Source: Yuukianura sp. NJ FZ-2021
Taxonomy: Eukaryota
Reading direction: 5' to 3'
Assembly: GCA_046563655.1 (NCBI GenBank)
Contig: CM102285.1
Location: forward strand, 10,726,001 to 10,790,000
Length of the DNA: 64,000 nt
Positions 15,151 to 29,800 of this stretch are shown here, in pieces. The notes under the pieces are model-generated. The model was not told the origin of the DNA. It ran no database searches and saw nothing but the letters and a program-made list of their open reading frames with translations. Each line of letters starts with the position of its first letter. Positions within the stretch are counted from its first letter, which is position 1. A program made the translations under genes and the position numbers.

Positions 15151-18100
15151 ATCTTAAAAATTTTAGTAATACGTTAGTCCAACTCCTTTGAATTCTCAAA
15201 TTTTCATTTTACAGTAAAATTTAAAAAGTTGAGTGAAAGTCGCTAGATCACAAATTAGTTACCACCATGAATTTAGTAATTACATTTTTAGATAAAGTTT
15301 TTTAATTGAGAATTTAAAATTATGTAGTGTTATGATTTTTACGTGAAAATATACGTTATTTCAGTTTTACCATTTGTATGCTTCTATAATTTGATTTTGA
15401 ACAATTATTTTGCAAAATGGTTGATTTAATAAATCCATCGTACGTTTCTCATTTACAATTGAAATTTCGTGTCTGATGTTTGTTGGTGTTTAGCTCAGCA
15501 TGGACCAGAGCGTGGATTTTGGAGAGTAAAAAAATCAAAATTTTGAGGAAGAAAGTTAAAACGTCGTTTTACATAACACTCCATTAGGATTTTGTCCGAA
15601 GAAGACCTGCGTCCTTTGTAGCACTTTCTTTTGAGCTAAAACATCTTAAAATACATTTTCACTCAAAGTCTTTCCGAACCAGCTTTTCCGGAAAAGTAAA
15701 AAGTTTGGAGAGAAAGTTTTGTGAAAGTTGTTTGAAGACAACCACAAGAAAGGAAAGTTAGGATAACCTTCCTGCTGCTTCCTCCCTTTTGATACGTCTA
15801 AATGCAATGCAAAATGGATTCATTCATCCGTCCAGCAGCCGTAGTCTATCACTTCTATTCTGCCTTTTGGAGGAACCTCTGTCGATTTTAAGTTTAAGCC
15901 AAAAGGCTTCTAGAAAATAACCATTTGTCACTTTCCCACACGCCTCAGCTCAAGAGCCCCAGCAGTACTTGAAGGCATCTTGCCCAAAGGAAGAAGGGGA
16001 TCCTACATGCTAGAAAGGGAACAAATTGTTGGTTAGGTTGAACCATTCCTCAGAGAGTTCTGGAAAACCCAAATTATTATTAGCTTTGGATCTGAGGCAA
16101 CTGAGGCTTTCTGTACAATCCGAAGTGCTCTTAATATTTCCTGGAAAATGGAAAAGTCTCCAAAGTTCAAGTCAAGTTAAGCCTCGGTTGAGCTATACAA
16201 ACTCACTTTTGGAAGTTAAAAGGCGGAGGAAGGGGAGAAGTGTGTTTGGATTTGGAAAGTTCCTCAAAGGTCATGTAACCTAATTTGTAGTTGTAAGCAA
16301 ACCGTAAACTAATTCCTGGTTATAAATTGAGCTTTCACTTTTTCAAAACAAGGCAAAGTTTGCCGTATTTTCAAAAGTTCAGCATAACAAAAAATCTACA
16401 ACGTATCCCTTTAATTTTTAATTTAATGTTCTCTTTTCAATCCATTTACAAAATTTGATGAAATTTGGAACTGCGAGATGATTAAAAAAAGTTCCTTCGA
16501 AGCATTGTTTGCATTTTAGAAATAGGAATGAAAATTCTACTTTTTATTTTCAAAAAATGCAGATTTCTTTTTGGATTTGGATTTTGAAATTTGGATTTTA
16601 ACTTGAATCTATTAATCTTCTTCTGCTGTCGTTTGTCCTGAAAGGTTTCACCTTAAGGTGACGGTTTCGTTTTTTGTTCAAAAATATATTTGCTTGCATA
16701 GACTCTCTGGAGAGAAGGAGAAGCATTTTTTCAAATAAAAATTCTGAATTTTCTCACTTTTTTGAAAAGAGCTAAGCATTTTGAATAGGCTTTGATCACG
16801 ACCACAGTTTGAGAATCATTTATTGTGGATGTGGGATGCGATAAAAGTTTAATACTCTACCGCTAATGTTTATTATTGTTGCTTGCTGAGTGAATATGTT
16901 GACTTCAGACGTAGTGTAGAAAAATATTATCAAAGACAACATTTTAAGGTCTCAAAAAGAAATAAAAAATAATGTAAAAATCGGTTGGAAATTTTGGAGA
17001 AAGCTTTCTATCCAACAACTCACCACATGAAACCACTTTTTCAAAGGCGTTACTAAACTAAACTTTGGAGATGATGAGATAAAACTGCTTGAGAAAGCTC
17101 CAATTTTGTTAGGTTTAGAAGATAAAAAGTTATGTGAAAAGAAACCTTATCACCCTAACTTCAAATAATATTTCCGCCGTAGCTTTCTCTAAAAATACAA
17201 AAAAAGTGACTTTCACAGCCTTCAACTTTCTCCGCTTGGCCAAAGTTATATTGCTTTTCTGAGAACCAGTTTGGATAAATATTTTGAAAAAGAAAGTTAA
17301 TTTGGCAACTTCTAATGGACACTTAATGTTAGGGAAAGTTCGGGACTAAAAGTTCCCTGTGCTCTGGGGAAACAATAACTCAAAGTGAAAGTCCCCGCAA
17401 CGAAAGAACAACAAAAGAAGGTTTTCACACAAACTAATTCTACAGTTCAACGCCTCTCCATTGAGCTAATAATCACACTAGAATGATGTTCTGCAAACGC
17501 CGCTCCTACTTTCACTCCGCCTGCTCTCCGCCTCCAGCCGTTGTTTGAACTTTGAAGAAAGGAAATGAAACGTTGGAAAACGTAATTTCTCGCCTCCCTT
17601 CAGTCCTCTTCTCTTGTTATTTCTACAAACAAACCGATTTCGATTATGATAACAGGAGGCGTTCTAATATGAAAATGGTAGTGCGTACTTATGCTAGTGC
17701 TTCTAGAAGATCTCAAAAGTAAGCACAAGATAGAAGGCGTAAAAGTAAAAGCGGGAGTCACTATTGGTCAAAAGTGAAAGTCCTCGGCCTTCTCCAGACT
17801 GTGTTTTAGTATTTCAAAAAAAAACTTCTCTGTTACATTAGCAGCGAAAAGTGAATTCAAATCTAAATTGGTCATAATCATAAAATCATATGTTGGAAGA
17901 TCAAAATTTTACACATCACGAGTCCTGTGTAGCACGTATTTGGCAAAGGCTAACTTGCCAATGTCAAGGATCCTGATTTTTCTTTTTCAAAAAAAAGTGT
18001 CTTTGGTGGTCTCGTATCTCTTTTGATTAATTTCTATTTTTAATCTTACGAGCTCATTCAAAAAATTTAAAGCAAGTTGAAGCAATTTTATTTCGGGAGG

Positions 18101-20017
18101 TTTAGATCTCCATTTGATTCAGAATTTAATTTCTGAAAATAAAATTGGCAAGACACAAGACATGAGCTCTCAAACGAAGGATTTTTAAGTTGAAATTCTT
18201 TGTGTTTGGTATGAACAGATTAAAATAGTTACTCCCTTCGCGTGTCCTGAGATTTCCTCACAAAATAAAACAGTTCTAGTATCAGACCAATAACTTTGAT
18301 GCAATGATGAGTACATACAGTGCCCTATGTTCAAAAAACTTTCAAAAAAACGGTCTGCTTCTTTCAAAAACTTTCCTTCTGCTTCAAATTAAGAAGTGCG
18401 AATGAGGAGTTGAATTTCTTCACACGTTCTTTACCATCAAACCCATCAAGTTTTGGATAGTTAAGCAAGCTGTGAAGCAAAAACTTGAAAAAAAATGCTG
18501 CAGCGTCAGGCGAAGCTGCTTCGGAAGCATTTTTTTTGGAGGGTTTAGGGTTTTGCAGAACCTGAGTAAGCTCTGGACGTGGCGTGTGTTACGAAAAGCT
18601 GCATTAACCAATGTTCCTTACGACGATACTAATTCATTTTTAAGTTAAACTCCCCAGTCTCCCAGCCTCATCTGTCACGGATCTTTGGCAAGGCTATAAA
18701 TATTGTTTGACAGTTGACACAGAGAGAGATGCTCAAGACTTATAACAGGGAACGCAGTCTCAGCAAGACTTTTGAAACGAAACAGACTAAAGCCAAATGA
18801 CAAAAAATGTGCAAATTCATGACTATGTCCATTTTCAACACGAAAATCGTTTCGCAACTCTTGCTGTACCTCATAAACGTCAAAAGACTGTCACTTGATT
18901 CGAGCGAATTTGCACGAGTGAAGTAAATTGCCAGATTTTGCAAAACACGAGCGAGTCCCTTAAGTACCCGCACAAAACCTGAGCTTTGAATCACGATTTT
19001 ACAACAAAAGAAAGAGTAAACTAACATAAACTGTTGCATCTTTTTTCTCAATAAATCCGTCATGACTTCTTATACTTTCTTTATACAGTTTTTGTCTTGA
19101 AATTTTTTAAGCCTTCTCTTTTTCAAAATGTACCTCAATTTGTTCCCGTTGTCTTCAAGATTGTTACTCCTTTTGAACACAAAGCTCTCCTGCCTACACT
19201 ATGATCATAATAGCCCAGCTATAAAGCACCGAAAAAAGAAAACCTCCCACATTGTGTTTGAACAGTTTCAGTTTTTGGGCATTATTTGAAAATTAGAATC
19301 GTGTTTGACATGAAGAAGACCACACCGTTTCTTCCTCAGAAGATGAAGATGATCTTGGATGATCTTAGGATGAAAGGAAGGGGTTTCTGGAGGCTCCATT
19401 CACTTCCTTCCAGAACATACACCTAACTTAGTCTGTTTTAGTTTTAGGTTAGGTCTCTAGCCTAACCTAAAGTGAAGGGAAAAGGAACGACCGAGGAAGA
19501 AATAAATCCCTGAGCAACATTCCTTCTTCCCTCTAAAATGTTCAAGTACAGGGAAAAATCTGCTGTTGAAGAAGATTGAAGCGCATCGCTGAAATGCTGC
19601 TGAAATGCTCTTTTCTTAGATCATCTTCTCCGGATCCTAAATACTTCCAGCTGTCAACTTCATTTGAACACCATTTGAACAGGGAACAACATGGAGCTAG
19701 TATGGGAAAGTGGCTCAAAAGGCTTTAGTTTGTACGCTTACAGCTCACACTGACAAGAAACTTTTAACTCTTTCATTTTTCATTCTGCATTTTTCATTTT
19801 GGGCTTCCGATTTCCAGTTTTCACTAATTTCAAAACTTTAATTTTTCAAAGTCACTTTCTTTCGCGTTTCTCGACAGTGAAAACTGTCAGTGTAGGTTAG
19901 GTAAGAAGCGGAGTGGATTTAGAAAGAAAATGACTTAAGTCTAGGTTAAAATCAATCTTGAAATGTGAAAAAAACTTAAAATTCATGACTTTTCGGTTTT
20001 TAAAAAATTGAGACACT

Positions 20018-20061
20018 CCGTTTGACATTCGTTTTGAACCCGTTTGACATTCGTTTTGAAC
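20018..20061. repeat. 22-bp perfect tandem duplication
   Basis: ccgtttgacattcgttttgaac occurs twice in tandem. Confidence 0.8.
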
Positions 20062-23000
20062 TTGAGGATTGAGCTGGAACCTAATAATTTGATAATTAAT
20101 TTTAGTTTTTCTAAGATTTAGAACATAGAGAAGGAATTGATGAATTGATGCATCGATTGACATGGACCAACACACTCCACACTCCGTTCTGACACTTCAT
20201 CACTTTTAACTTCATTTTGATTTCATACTCAGAGTGAAATTTCCCTTAATGCAAAACTAATACCTTACCATAGTAAAGCTTCTTCCTTCCGAAGATGCAA
20301 AGGAAGATGAATTGACAAATTGAGGGGCATGCCCCGGGGATTTGCATGGCCAAAAACCTCAAGGAACAAAATGAATTGCTTCACCAGAGATCTTGGAACA
20401 GAGTCAAACTTTGTTCAAAACGGAAAGACTCTTCTGGATTCATCTCCGTCCTTTGAAGTCTTTTCTCGGATTAAGAAGATGACACACGACTTCGGAGAGT
20501 TAGAGGAATTAAGGCCAAAATCCATTTTTCAAGTTTCCAAATCCTCGAAAATTTCAATTTGTTTTAACTTGCAACAGTTTGACCTTTGACCCCAAGAATT
20601 CGCTTTCTAATCTTATATTCATTACTCTTCTCAGACGCCTACTTTTTAATCATTTTAGAAAATAGTTTATAGAATGCACTTTCTTTGCAGAAAAAAAGTA
20701 AATTGTGCCTTGGTGGTGTTAAATTGAAGTTTAATTTGTTGTCATCCACTTTGTTGTGGGTAATGTCACGTTACTAATAAGATTAAGTGTTATAGAAAGC
20801 AGATGAGTTACATTTTACAAAGTTAGAATCTTGGGCTTTGCAAAAGACGCTCTTTCAAAAGCGTGACTCCCACAAAAGCGGAACATTTGTTGTGACTGTT
20901 CTTTACTACCTTATTACACGCTTCCATGATTTTATGAGCTTCATTAAAAATTTGTAACTTCAGTGATGGAAAATAAATAGAAAATTGGGATTGCCTAACT
21001 CCTCAAATTGAAAAATATTTTGATCAAAATGTTGCAAAAAAGATTGCAACGAATTCAAAATCTGCTTATAGTACAATTCTGATTTGATTTAACAGGATTA
21101 CGAACCAAACATCCAAATACTAAAAAAAGAATCCCTAACGCCCTGTGTTGCTTTACATGACACTAGATCACAGCGGCCAAGGGTGGAATAAATGAACAAG
21201 ATATAAAAACTCATTAAATAAGATTTTCACTAATTTTAACATTTCTGTTTTGAAAACTATTTCGAACCTTAAAAGTGAGAAAAAAAAACAATTATAAAAG
21301 ACTAACAAGTTTTCTTTGTTAAGTACTTTTTGTTTACTACAGGAATTTTTTAAATTAGGGTCTTGTGCTGAACGTCAATTCTGAAGAATGTTAACGCGTA
21401 ATGATTTATTTGTTTCAGAAACATTAGACATGGTTTGTTTAAAAAGAAAAACTTTTGAAAAGAAAAGTTATCCGGATATAGTACATAGTCCATTCTGAGA
21501 CACTTTGACATTCACTTTCTCCAAACAAATATTTCTGAATTGTTTTGGAGAAAAAATAGTTTCAGATTTCGAAAATCAGATGATCAAACGTTAAAAAATT
21601 AAGCCACTGCGTTTAGTTTGCAATGTCTTACAAAACAAATTCTGAAATTCGAAATTACGAGCTGCTAGACTTGTTACTTACTATCAAATTTCGTTCCAGA
21701 ACAGGAAGCGTCCCACCCCACTTTTCTGGGTCAAGGGAGGTGTCAAATATCTGGTTTTTAGTAGGGAATGGACCATGACACTGTGTGTTAGGTTAAGTTT
21801 AGAGTAGTAATTAGGCTATGTATGTTTTCAGTCTCCTAATAGTTATGCGGGGGGTAGAGTTAGCATTGTCCATTCATAAGTTGGGACCCCTTGAGTAGTT
21901 CATGGGTGTCCAAGGGTCCATGATCATCAGAAGGAAGTCGACAGGCTGTCTGGCAGCTCCGACTTCAAGAAATGCCAGAGAGACCTGCCTCTTGAAGGGC
22001 CCTCGTTCGAATCCCCTTGGGAAATGAATGGACTGTAAAGGGTACCTGCTGCAACAAGGCAGATGGAAAACAATAAACCGCTTAACACTCGACCTGCAAA
22101 ACATTTCCCAAGATTCAAATACCAGAGACCACTTGAGATGCTGAGAAGCTGAGCCCTTCAAGGGCCACTTCAACACTTCTCCATCATTCGACCTCTTCAA
22201 ACCATTCCAGAAAAGCAAAAGTTACTGCAGGACTTATGATGTCCAAGGGCGCGTCAATTCTAAAATCTAAAGCTAAAATCTCGTCAGCCAAAATTGGAAA
22301 TGCTGTCTCAAATATTTCAATTCTTCTTTTCGAAAAACGTTTCCAAAAATACAGTTTAGATTGTACTAAAAGTATAAGATTCAGCTAAAAATCTAACTTT
22401 TGACGTTTGTGTACTATGTTAAACTACAGCGGAAATGAGGATTCATTCATTACTAGAAAAAACCGGGGATTTCATTCTTCTGTTTTTTCCTAATGTGTTG
22501 TCACGAAGTCGGTGTCTTTGTAACACTGTCCCGGAAATTCAGGAGAAAGACGAGCTAGATTTACGACAGTCGGCTTCACTTTTTCTGTCTAAAAACAAAA
22601 ACTTTTTAGTAGGTACAACACAAAAAGTGTAAGCACAGAAAGATGCAACAAAATTTAAAGCTGAATTTAATGAAGCGTTGGTTCTGTGACATCATTCCGC
22701 AGTGGATTCGGATCTGTGAAGAAATGTTTGGCTCCCTTTTAGGAACATTGGAGATAGAAGATGCATTTATGATTGAGTCAACTTTGAAAGACAAAAACAA
22801 GGAGTGAGCAGAGTACATGGCATTTCCAATGAATCCGTTCACCAAAGGAATGCTGACTTGGCCAGACTGCTTGGCTCCTTCACTTGTTCAGAGTTCTTCA
22901 AGGGCTTTTCAACAGGACTTCTTTCATCACCACATCATCGTGACGAAACTACAATTTGAACAATAGAAAAAATAGGTACATCTCCCAAAATAGCTCTCTC

Positions 23001-24097
23001 CACCACCACCTTAATTCTGATGCATAAAACTTAAGATCCGAAGCGTATTATAACATGCAGATCTACCCAAGAAATATAAAGTGTATTAAAACGTAATGAT
23101 GTGATGAATTTACAGGAATTTGTTTGTTTTTAACAAAGAAGTTACAAGTGTAGTTTTAATAAAAAAAAATGCGAATGCAAAAATCGTTCAAATATTTGTT
23201 GGTACATCTGAATATTGTCGTATTTCGAAACTGCAAATTTTTACTATCGCACCACCAATTGACTTTACCAACAAAATTTTGATAAATCATAATTTAACAA
23301 GACAATTCTAATTTTTAAAAATTACCTTTTGAATTTAATCTTGATTCAAAAATTGAAGGAAAAAACTAAACTGTTTAATATGTTCCTTTCAGCATTTGGG
23401 TGAATTATTTTTTGACTGGAGGACAAGCGAAATAAAATTCTGACATTACGATTCTTGATTTTGTGTGTGAAAGAGCCATCTAAGTCGCATTTGATAACTT
23501 TTCGGTGCAGAATCCGTCCGTTGTAGTGATGTTAAAGTTTCTTCAGAGTTGGAGTAGTGGTTGGTTTCATTTCTGGTGATCTTTTCGACATCTGCAGAGA
23601 GATTTCACACTTACCAGAAGAGTTGGTTGCTTTTGAAAATAAAACTACGAGATGGGTCTCAACAGCAAAGCGTCAGATTCTTCATCTCCACTTCAGTTTC
23701 ATGCTTTCCGTAATTGTATATTTAAATAGTATAACTTATTTTAATCGTTTTTAAAAACTGTTATTTTATGTTAAAAGTTTGGCTACTGACACAAACTATA
23801 ACAAGAGCCGCGCAGTGGGTAATTGCAATTACTAATTAGAGGTAACATCTCCAAAATCAAAATTCAAAATGTTCAAAGTTTTCAAAATTTTCGATTCTGT
23901 CTTATACTCGGTTGCAACTTATCTTGATATAACTTGTCAAAATTTTGAAGCATTTGTTTCAAAGTAGATGAACAGGATTCAGTTTACTAGGGATTTTTAT
24001 TTCACAAACTTCAAATACAAATTCAGTCCAATTTGTGTAACACGTTCAGTTTTCAACTTTTTTTGGAAATTTTCACACTAAATTTTGGAAAACAGGT

Positions 24098-25857
24098 TTA
24101 ACGAGGCAGCATGTCCTGCAGATCTGCTAAAATGTAGGTCATAGCGGTGTACATGCCCAAGCAAATGTCCAGTTTATCCGATTCCATCATGCTAACCGTG
24201 TCTCCAGCACTGTCAACATACCAGTACAAGTGACCATCGTCACCATTCAAGGTCAAACTTGGAACAGCAGCCGGACTGTTTCCAATGCCAATCGTAGGAG
24301 TCGAGAAAAAGGAAGCATCAGAAACAGTTCCATTGACATGAATCAGACTACCGGAAGAGCCAATCAGAGAAGGAGAAAAAAGACGCAAGATGTCGTAAAT
24401 GATGCAAGTAGCCTGCGGAGTCCCTGAAAAAATGAAGCCCTTGGCCACGCGACATCCGAGATTTGCTGAAAGTGCTGCGGCATACTTTCGATTCAAATCG
24501 TTTTCATGATTGTCCAAGTATTTTTGGACTCCAAAATTTCCAAATTTCGTTCCAGCAAAGAACGCTGCTCGAACGGTTCGTCGTGGATAGAGTTTGAGCT
24601 CATCAAAGATCCGAGCCAGTTCGTAGGTTAAGATGGCACTTAGACCATCGACTGCTCCTTGGCCAATGTCCCAAGAATCGAGATATCCCGAGGCTACAAC
24701 GAAGTGATCCAAGTTCTCACGACCATCAAAATCACCAAAAACGTTTTGGACTATAATGGGAGTATGGCCTTCAGTATTTTCTAAAACGAGCTTCATCCTA
24801 ATCATTTTCCCTAAAAAAAATCAAAAATTACCAAAACTTGTTTCAGCATTGCTAAATCGCTGCGGAATACCTGAGGGGACACTTTTCTTGTAAAGTCTGG
24901 CCAGCAGTTCAGCATCTTCTAGTGTGATTGTTGCAGCGGGAACTCTTCTGGCTTTGTCAGTGTATTGAAGTAGTGTAGCGTGAATTGAATACAAGGAAAA
25001 TGGCGCAGGAGATTTCATTAGCACCGCGGCGGCTCCTAGGAAAGCTCCGCGAGACGCTGCGCTGGACAATATCAGTTTGGCTTCGTCGAAATTCAGATTG
25101 AAAACCAAAATTTTTCCAGCAACCTTTAAAAAAATTGAACATTCAAGTCCATTTCCAACTTATTTCAGAAAATTTCTTCAAAATTTTAAAAAATTGGCAT
25201 GTTTACATTAAATTTGTTCAAACGCAGCTCTTCCAAGCTGTCAATCACAATCACGTCAGCTTCAATCGGTCCGCGTGTAGGAATAGTCAAGCCCATGCCC
25301 TTCACCTCAATCAACTTCGTGATTGGTTGTAGAATTTCTGCAGTTTCGAATCCTCTAAACTCAAAATAAAGAAAATTTGAAACCAAATTAGTAACAATTT
25401 GAAAATTTTCAAAAAGTTACGAATTTTACCGTCTCCAGTTTGGAATAGAAACGTCTTCAACAAACAAGCGTCCTGCCAAAGTAGGAATTTTGAGCAATTG
25501 CTTTGTAAAGAACGAAACTGCTTTTCCATAATCTGGCGACGTGACAATGCGTGGCCCAAAGCTGTCCGTAAAATGTGCCAAATGCTTAAACGTTTCTCCC
25601 TTAAAGGCTCCCGAAGTGACCAATTTCATGATTAAATCAACATCCGCTTGGTAGCCCTTGATTTCCTTCTTCAACTTTCGGTCCAAGTTGCAACTACTCC
25701 CATCAAATTCTCCGAAACTTTCCCAGTACGAGTACCGAGTCGTAATTTGAGACCGAACTTTCGGTGTCGGTTCGGAACGAATCGGTTCGTCGACATTCTT
25801 AGCCGCCTGGGATACCGCTGACCCTAGCCAACACACTACAACTATTGTTCGCAACAT
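24098..25857 (-). CDS. CPQ: Carboxypeptidase Q (peptidase M28)-like secreted protein, predicted catalytically inactive, 4 exons
   Basis: Exons 25857-25430, 25354-25207, 25123-24871, 24810-24098 splice in frame. Signal-peptide-like MLRTIVVVCWLGSAVSQA. CPQ-like segments FTDSFGPR, IPNWRRGFETA, PAATITLEDAELLARLY, LDSWDIGQGA, PRRTVR, ILADLQDMLPR. Confidence 0.88.
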
Positions 25858-26713
25858 GGTAAAACTGGATATGATGTTTTAGCTCTACTGAGTTAGGAAT
25901 AAGCAAAAGCTGATGAAAAAGAACAATTCATTGGATGAAAATTAATCAAATTGAGTTCATTCACACTTTAATTGGAATTTGACACTTGTGACAGGTTAGT
26001 TTGGCGAAAAGTTTTGCAAATTGTTCTAACTGTCAGGTCAGGAACAAAGGTGTGAATGTTTTCGAAAAAGAGAAAAAGTGAGTAGTAATTTGTTAATTAT
26101 TATAATTTCAATGTTATAAAAATTATAATAAGTTATACCATTGTTTTTCGTTCTATTCAAGGAAGAACTGAACGGAGGATGCTTCTGAATAAAGTTAAAG
26201 TGAAAATGTTAGGGTATTATTTTTAGTTTTTCTTACTTCTAAAAACCCACGCTCCCTACTTTTCATTTTTCTGGAAGAAGGGAAGGGGATGAAGGGAATT
26301 TATTGTTGTCGTTTTTCTTCCTTGGCTTCCCCAGTTTGGAAGGTGTTGGACTGATACTAAACATGTTCCCTCTAAAAAACACCCTGACTTGAAATTATTC
26401 ATAAAGTTTTGAAAAGTAACATTTTTTGAACAAATTAAAAAGAAGTTGAAGATCTGAGGGCGTAAAATTGTAAAGAAAAAGGTAGTGGAAGAGGATTCAA
26501 ATCCTTTAATTGCTCCATAACTGTCCCAAATGCCAAAGTGAAAAGATGCAGCTACCTTTTCACAATTTCAGTTCTTATGCCCAAAGTAACTTAAAAAATA
26601 GGTCTTCTACTTTCGTTTCTTAACGTTTTGTGTTAAAAAAGTAAAATTTCAATACAATGCAAATCCATACCATGAATTCTATATTAATTTGATCCTTTCA
26701 ATTTGAAAATTGA

Positions 26714-26815
26714 GAAACTGAAACTGAAATCGCGACAATTCGGAATTCGAAACTTAAAAATTAACAAACTGAAATTGAAATTGTTACAATTCGGAATTTG
26801 AAACTTGAAAATTGC
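26714..26815. repeat. Imperfect ~50-bp tandem repeat, 2 copies
   Basis: aaactgaaa(c/t)tgaaat..acaattcggaatt(c/t)gaaactt(a/g)aaaatt repeated twice. Confidence 0.6.
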
Positions 26816-29800
26816 AGTTCGGATTTAAACTTTTATGGTCAGCATACATTTTGGCTAGAATTTGCTATGGAACAAAGTATTGCCGACAACCGGAAGTGTC
26901 GAAGTGTTTCGGAACTGGAAAATCAGCGACTGCTGGAACTTTCTAGTCTGAATGCTGAAAACAATGGGCTCCAGAGAGCTTGGATCGGCTGCTTAATAAC
27001 TCATGTCCATTTGGTGGGCTGTCGGTAGTTAAAGTGGGTCCTAAAATCCAGCAGGATGGTTTTGGGCTGGAGAGGAGCGGGTTAAGGGTTAGGGTTGGAT
27101 CGGTTTTATTACCAGACTTGGAGTGTTTTCCTTAAATCATAAATCCTCAAAATGTCTGACTCCAGAACGTTGTTTCCTTCAGGAGAACTAAAAAACATAT
27201 GCCGATACCACAGTGCTTAGAGGACAAGAAATAAACAACTTCTCTTTCAATCTTCGATTCAAACCTTGTTTTACAAAAGTTAGGGGTCAGCAAATAGCTT
27301 ACAAGTAAGAAATGACGCACTTGGACTACAATTTAGTGCAAAAGTGTGCTTAGGTAATACAATTTAGCACGCGTCTTTATCGGTTCAACTGAAATTAATG
27401 AAATCATTTGGCACTATGGACGGAGCTATAAAGAATTAGGAATGGGAAAACGACCTATTCATTGACGAGGCTATTATGTTGCTGGTCAGCTATAAAGTGG
27501 CTCTCGGAAATTGTTAAAGTGCCGACAATACATCGGCCCATCAAATTGTTTCAAGCTGCACCCAACTGGTTTCATATATTGAAGAAAATATCAAATCTTA
27601 GTTTAGTTTTTGAAAAAATACATTCAAGTTTTTTAAAATTTTGAAAGACTGACATTTTTCCAGGCGACAAAGTTGAAATTGTGTGGTAGGCTTTTGTTGT
27701 CTAATTTTTGTGTGAACCGCAACTTTTTTGTATAACTAGATTTTAACAAGGAGTGAAAAGAAGAAAACCGGGGAGTCTTTGGGTGTAAAAATCTTGTTAA
27801 ATGAGTAAGTAGTAAAACTATTAAGAAAACCCCGAAGTTTCTTTCAATTTTTTTCTAAAGAATTTTTTTTGAACAGAAAGTTCAGAGGCAGGTTGAAGTG
27901 GAAAGTGCCAGAAGCGGTGGACCCTCCGCTATTTGCTTATTTGTTCTTCCCAAAACACATTTGAGATCCAATGTCTTCTTTCACTTCTCTTTTTACTCCG
28001 TTTTTACCCCATTTCCTTCAAAATTTTAATTTTTTGAAACTAGCCGCCAAAAAATGGCTGAGAAGACGCTTTCAAATAGGATGGAATTTCCAGAACTTTG
28101 CGTTGGATGCTGATTCATCACTTTTCGAAGATTTTGAGACCAAAGAAATATTTTTGTCAACACTTCGTTTTCGTGTTTTGAAATCAAAATTTTTTGTTTC
28201 CATTGTTCAACATTTGAGCGTCTTTCATCACAGGAGCAGAAGCGGAAGATGGTTGTAATGCAATCCTACACTAATATTTTCGTTTTTAAAGGCTTTTGAG
28301 ACCAAAGAAGCGCCGGAGGTCAGGTCAGCAACGATTTGGTGAGTAATGCGGCGTCTCCTGGTTTAGCTGATGTACCAGAATCGTTGTTGAACTTCTGTTA
28401 CGCTGACGTTTGAACGAGACCTTTGACTCCCAGCCACCATTGACAGCTAGTGTCTCTAACAGTTTATTCAGTCTTTTAGACTTAAGTAAGTCTTGCGGCA
28501 TTTTTGACTAAAAACAATGAAAACAAAAGGATCCCACCACCCACGAACGAACTTGGCCTTTGAGTCTACTGCAGAAGCCGACCTCTGAGACCTTCCAGCA
28601 ATTATTAATGGTGTCAATTAGCACACCCCATTAAGAGATCACACCCCAGGATAATAGGAACAGGATCTCAGAAATACTCGACCACAAAATGCTTACTCAT
28701 CTTTAAAATCTACGGACCAGAAACAAATGCTTAAAAACGAAAATTAATACAAGAGGAAAAAAGCTTTGTAGATTTAAATTACACACAAACATCGTTTAGC
28801 ATTCAGAAAATAATTCTCAGAATAAGTTTTTTCGAAATTAATAAAAACATAGCTTGCTTTGCATTTTGTCAAATTTTCAAAAACAAAATTGTTTTTTTTG
28901 TCCATTGTAAGTTTCAAATGTAGTGTGAGAAAATGTATTGTACCAGCTTTTTGAAAAAAAAAATTAAATCGAACCTTACTCAAAATTCAGAAAACTTTCA
29001 CCAAGGCTTCGAAAGAATAAGAAAGAAAGAATGAAAAAATTTTGGAGAAAGTTCGTCGCCTGAAAGTTAAAATTTTTGGATAATCCAACAACCTAAACTT
29101 CCTACATATATTTTCAAAGATTAAAAGATATTTCTGTCTTTGGCAATAAATCGAAATTTTGAAAACGTGTTAGTTTTTGGATATTTAGTGTAATAAGGCC
29201 AGTTATCAAAGGGTTAGAAAATAAACAAGAAAAATAAGCGTGGCTAAATGCCTGTATTTTGTTTTTTATCAACTTGAGGAGAATATCTCCCAAAAACAAT
29301 TCCAGAATCCAGATTCTTCAGTTTTTTTTTAACTTGAAGTTAAGATCTTGTTACAAAACTAAAAGATCTTCATCCTCCAGTTTTCTCAAGAAATATGTTC
29401 AAAGTCAAAGTGTAGGATGAAGAAAGGGTTAAAAGTAAAAACATGATTTTTATTCTGTCGAGAGTGAAAATACAAGCGTCTTTTAGGCTTTTGGAATCTT
29501 TTAAAAAGTCTCAAGAAGAATCCCTGGTTCCTTTCCTATTTCTTTCATTAGATTTTCTTTAGTTTCAAGGGAGCAAGACGCATAGTGTCTTAAAAGTTGC
29601 TTTTGGCAGAACCCAAAAAACTTAACTGTTTTCCTTGTTCAGAAAAATAGGGAAGACTCCTTTGGCTATGTTCAAACATCTTCCATCTTCATCTGGCTCC
29701 TTTGGTTATTTCCCATCTCCATGTCTTTCATCTTTGATCTCCTGCTCAATCAGATCATTCTGGGGATGCTCAATGCAAAAGCATCACACTCTTAGGGAGC

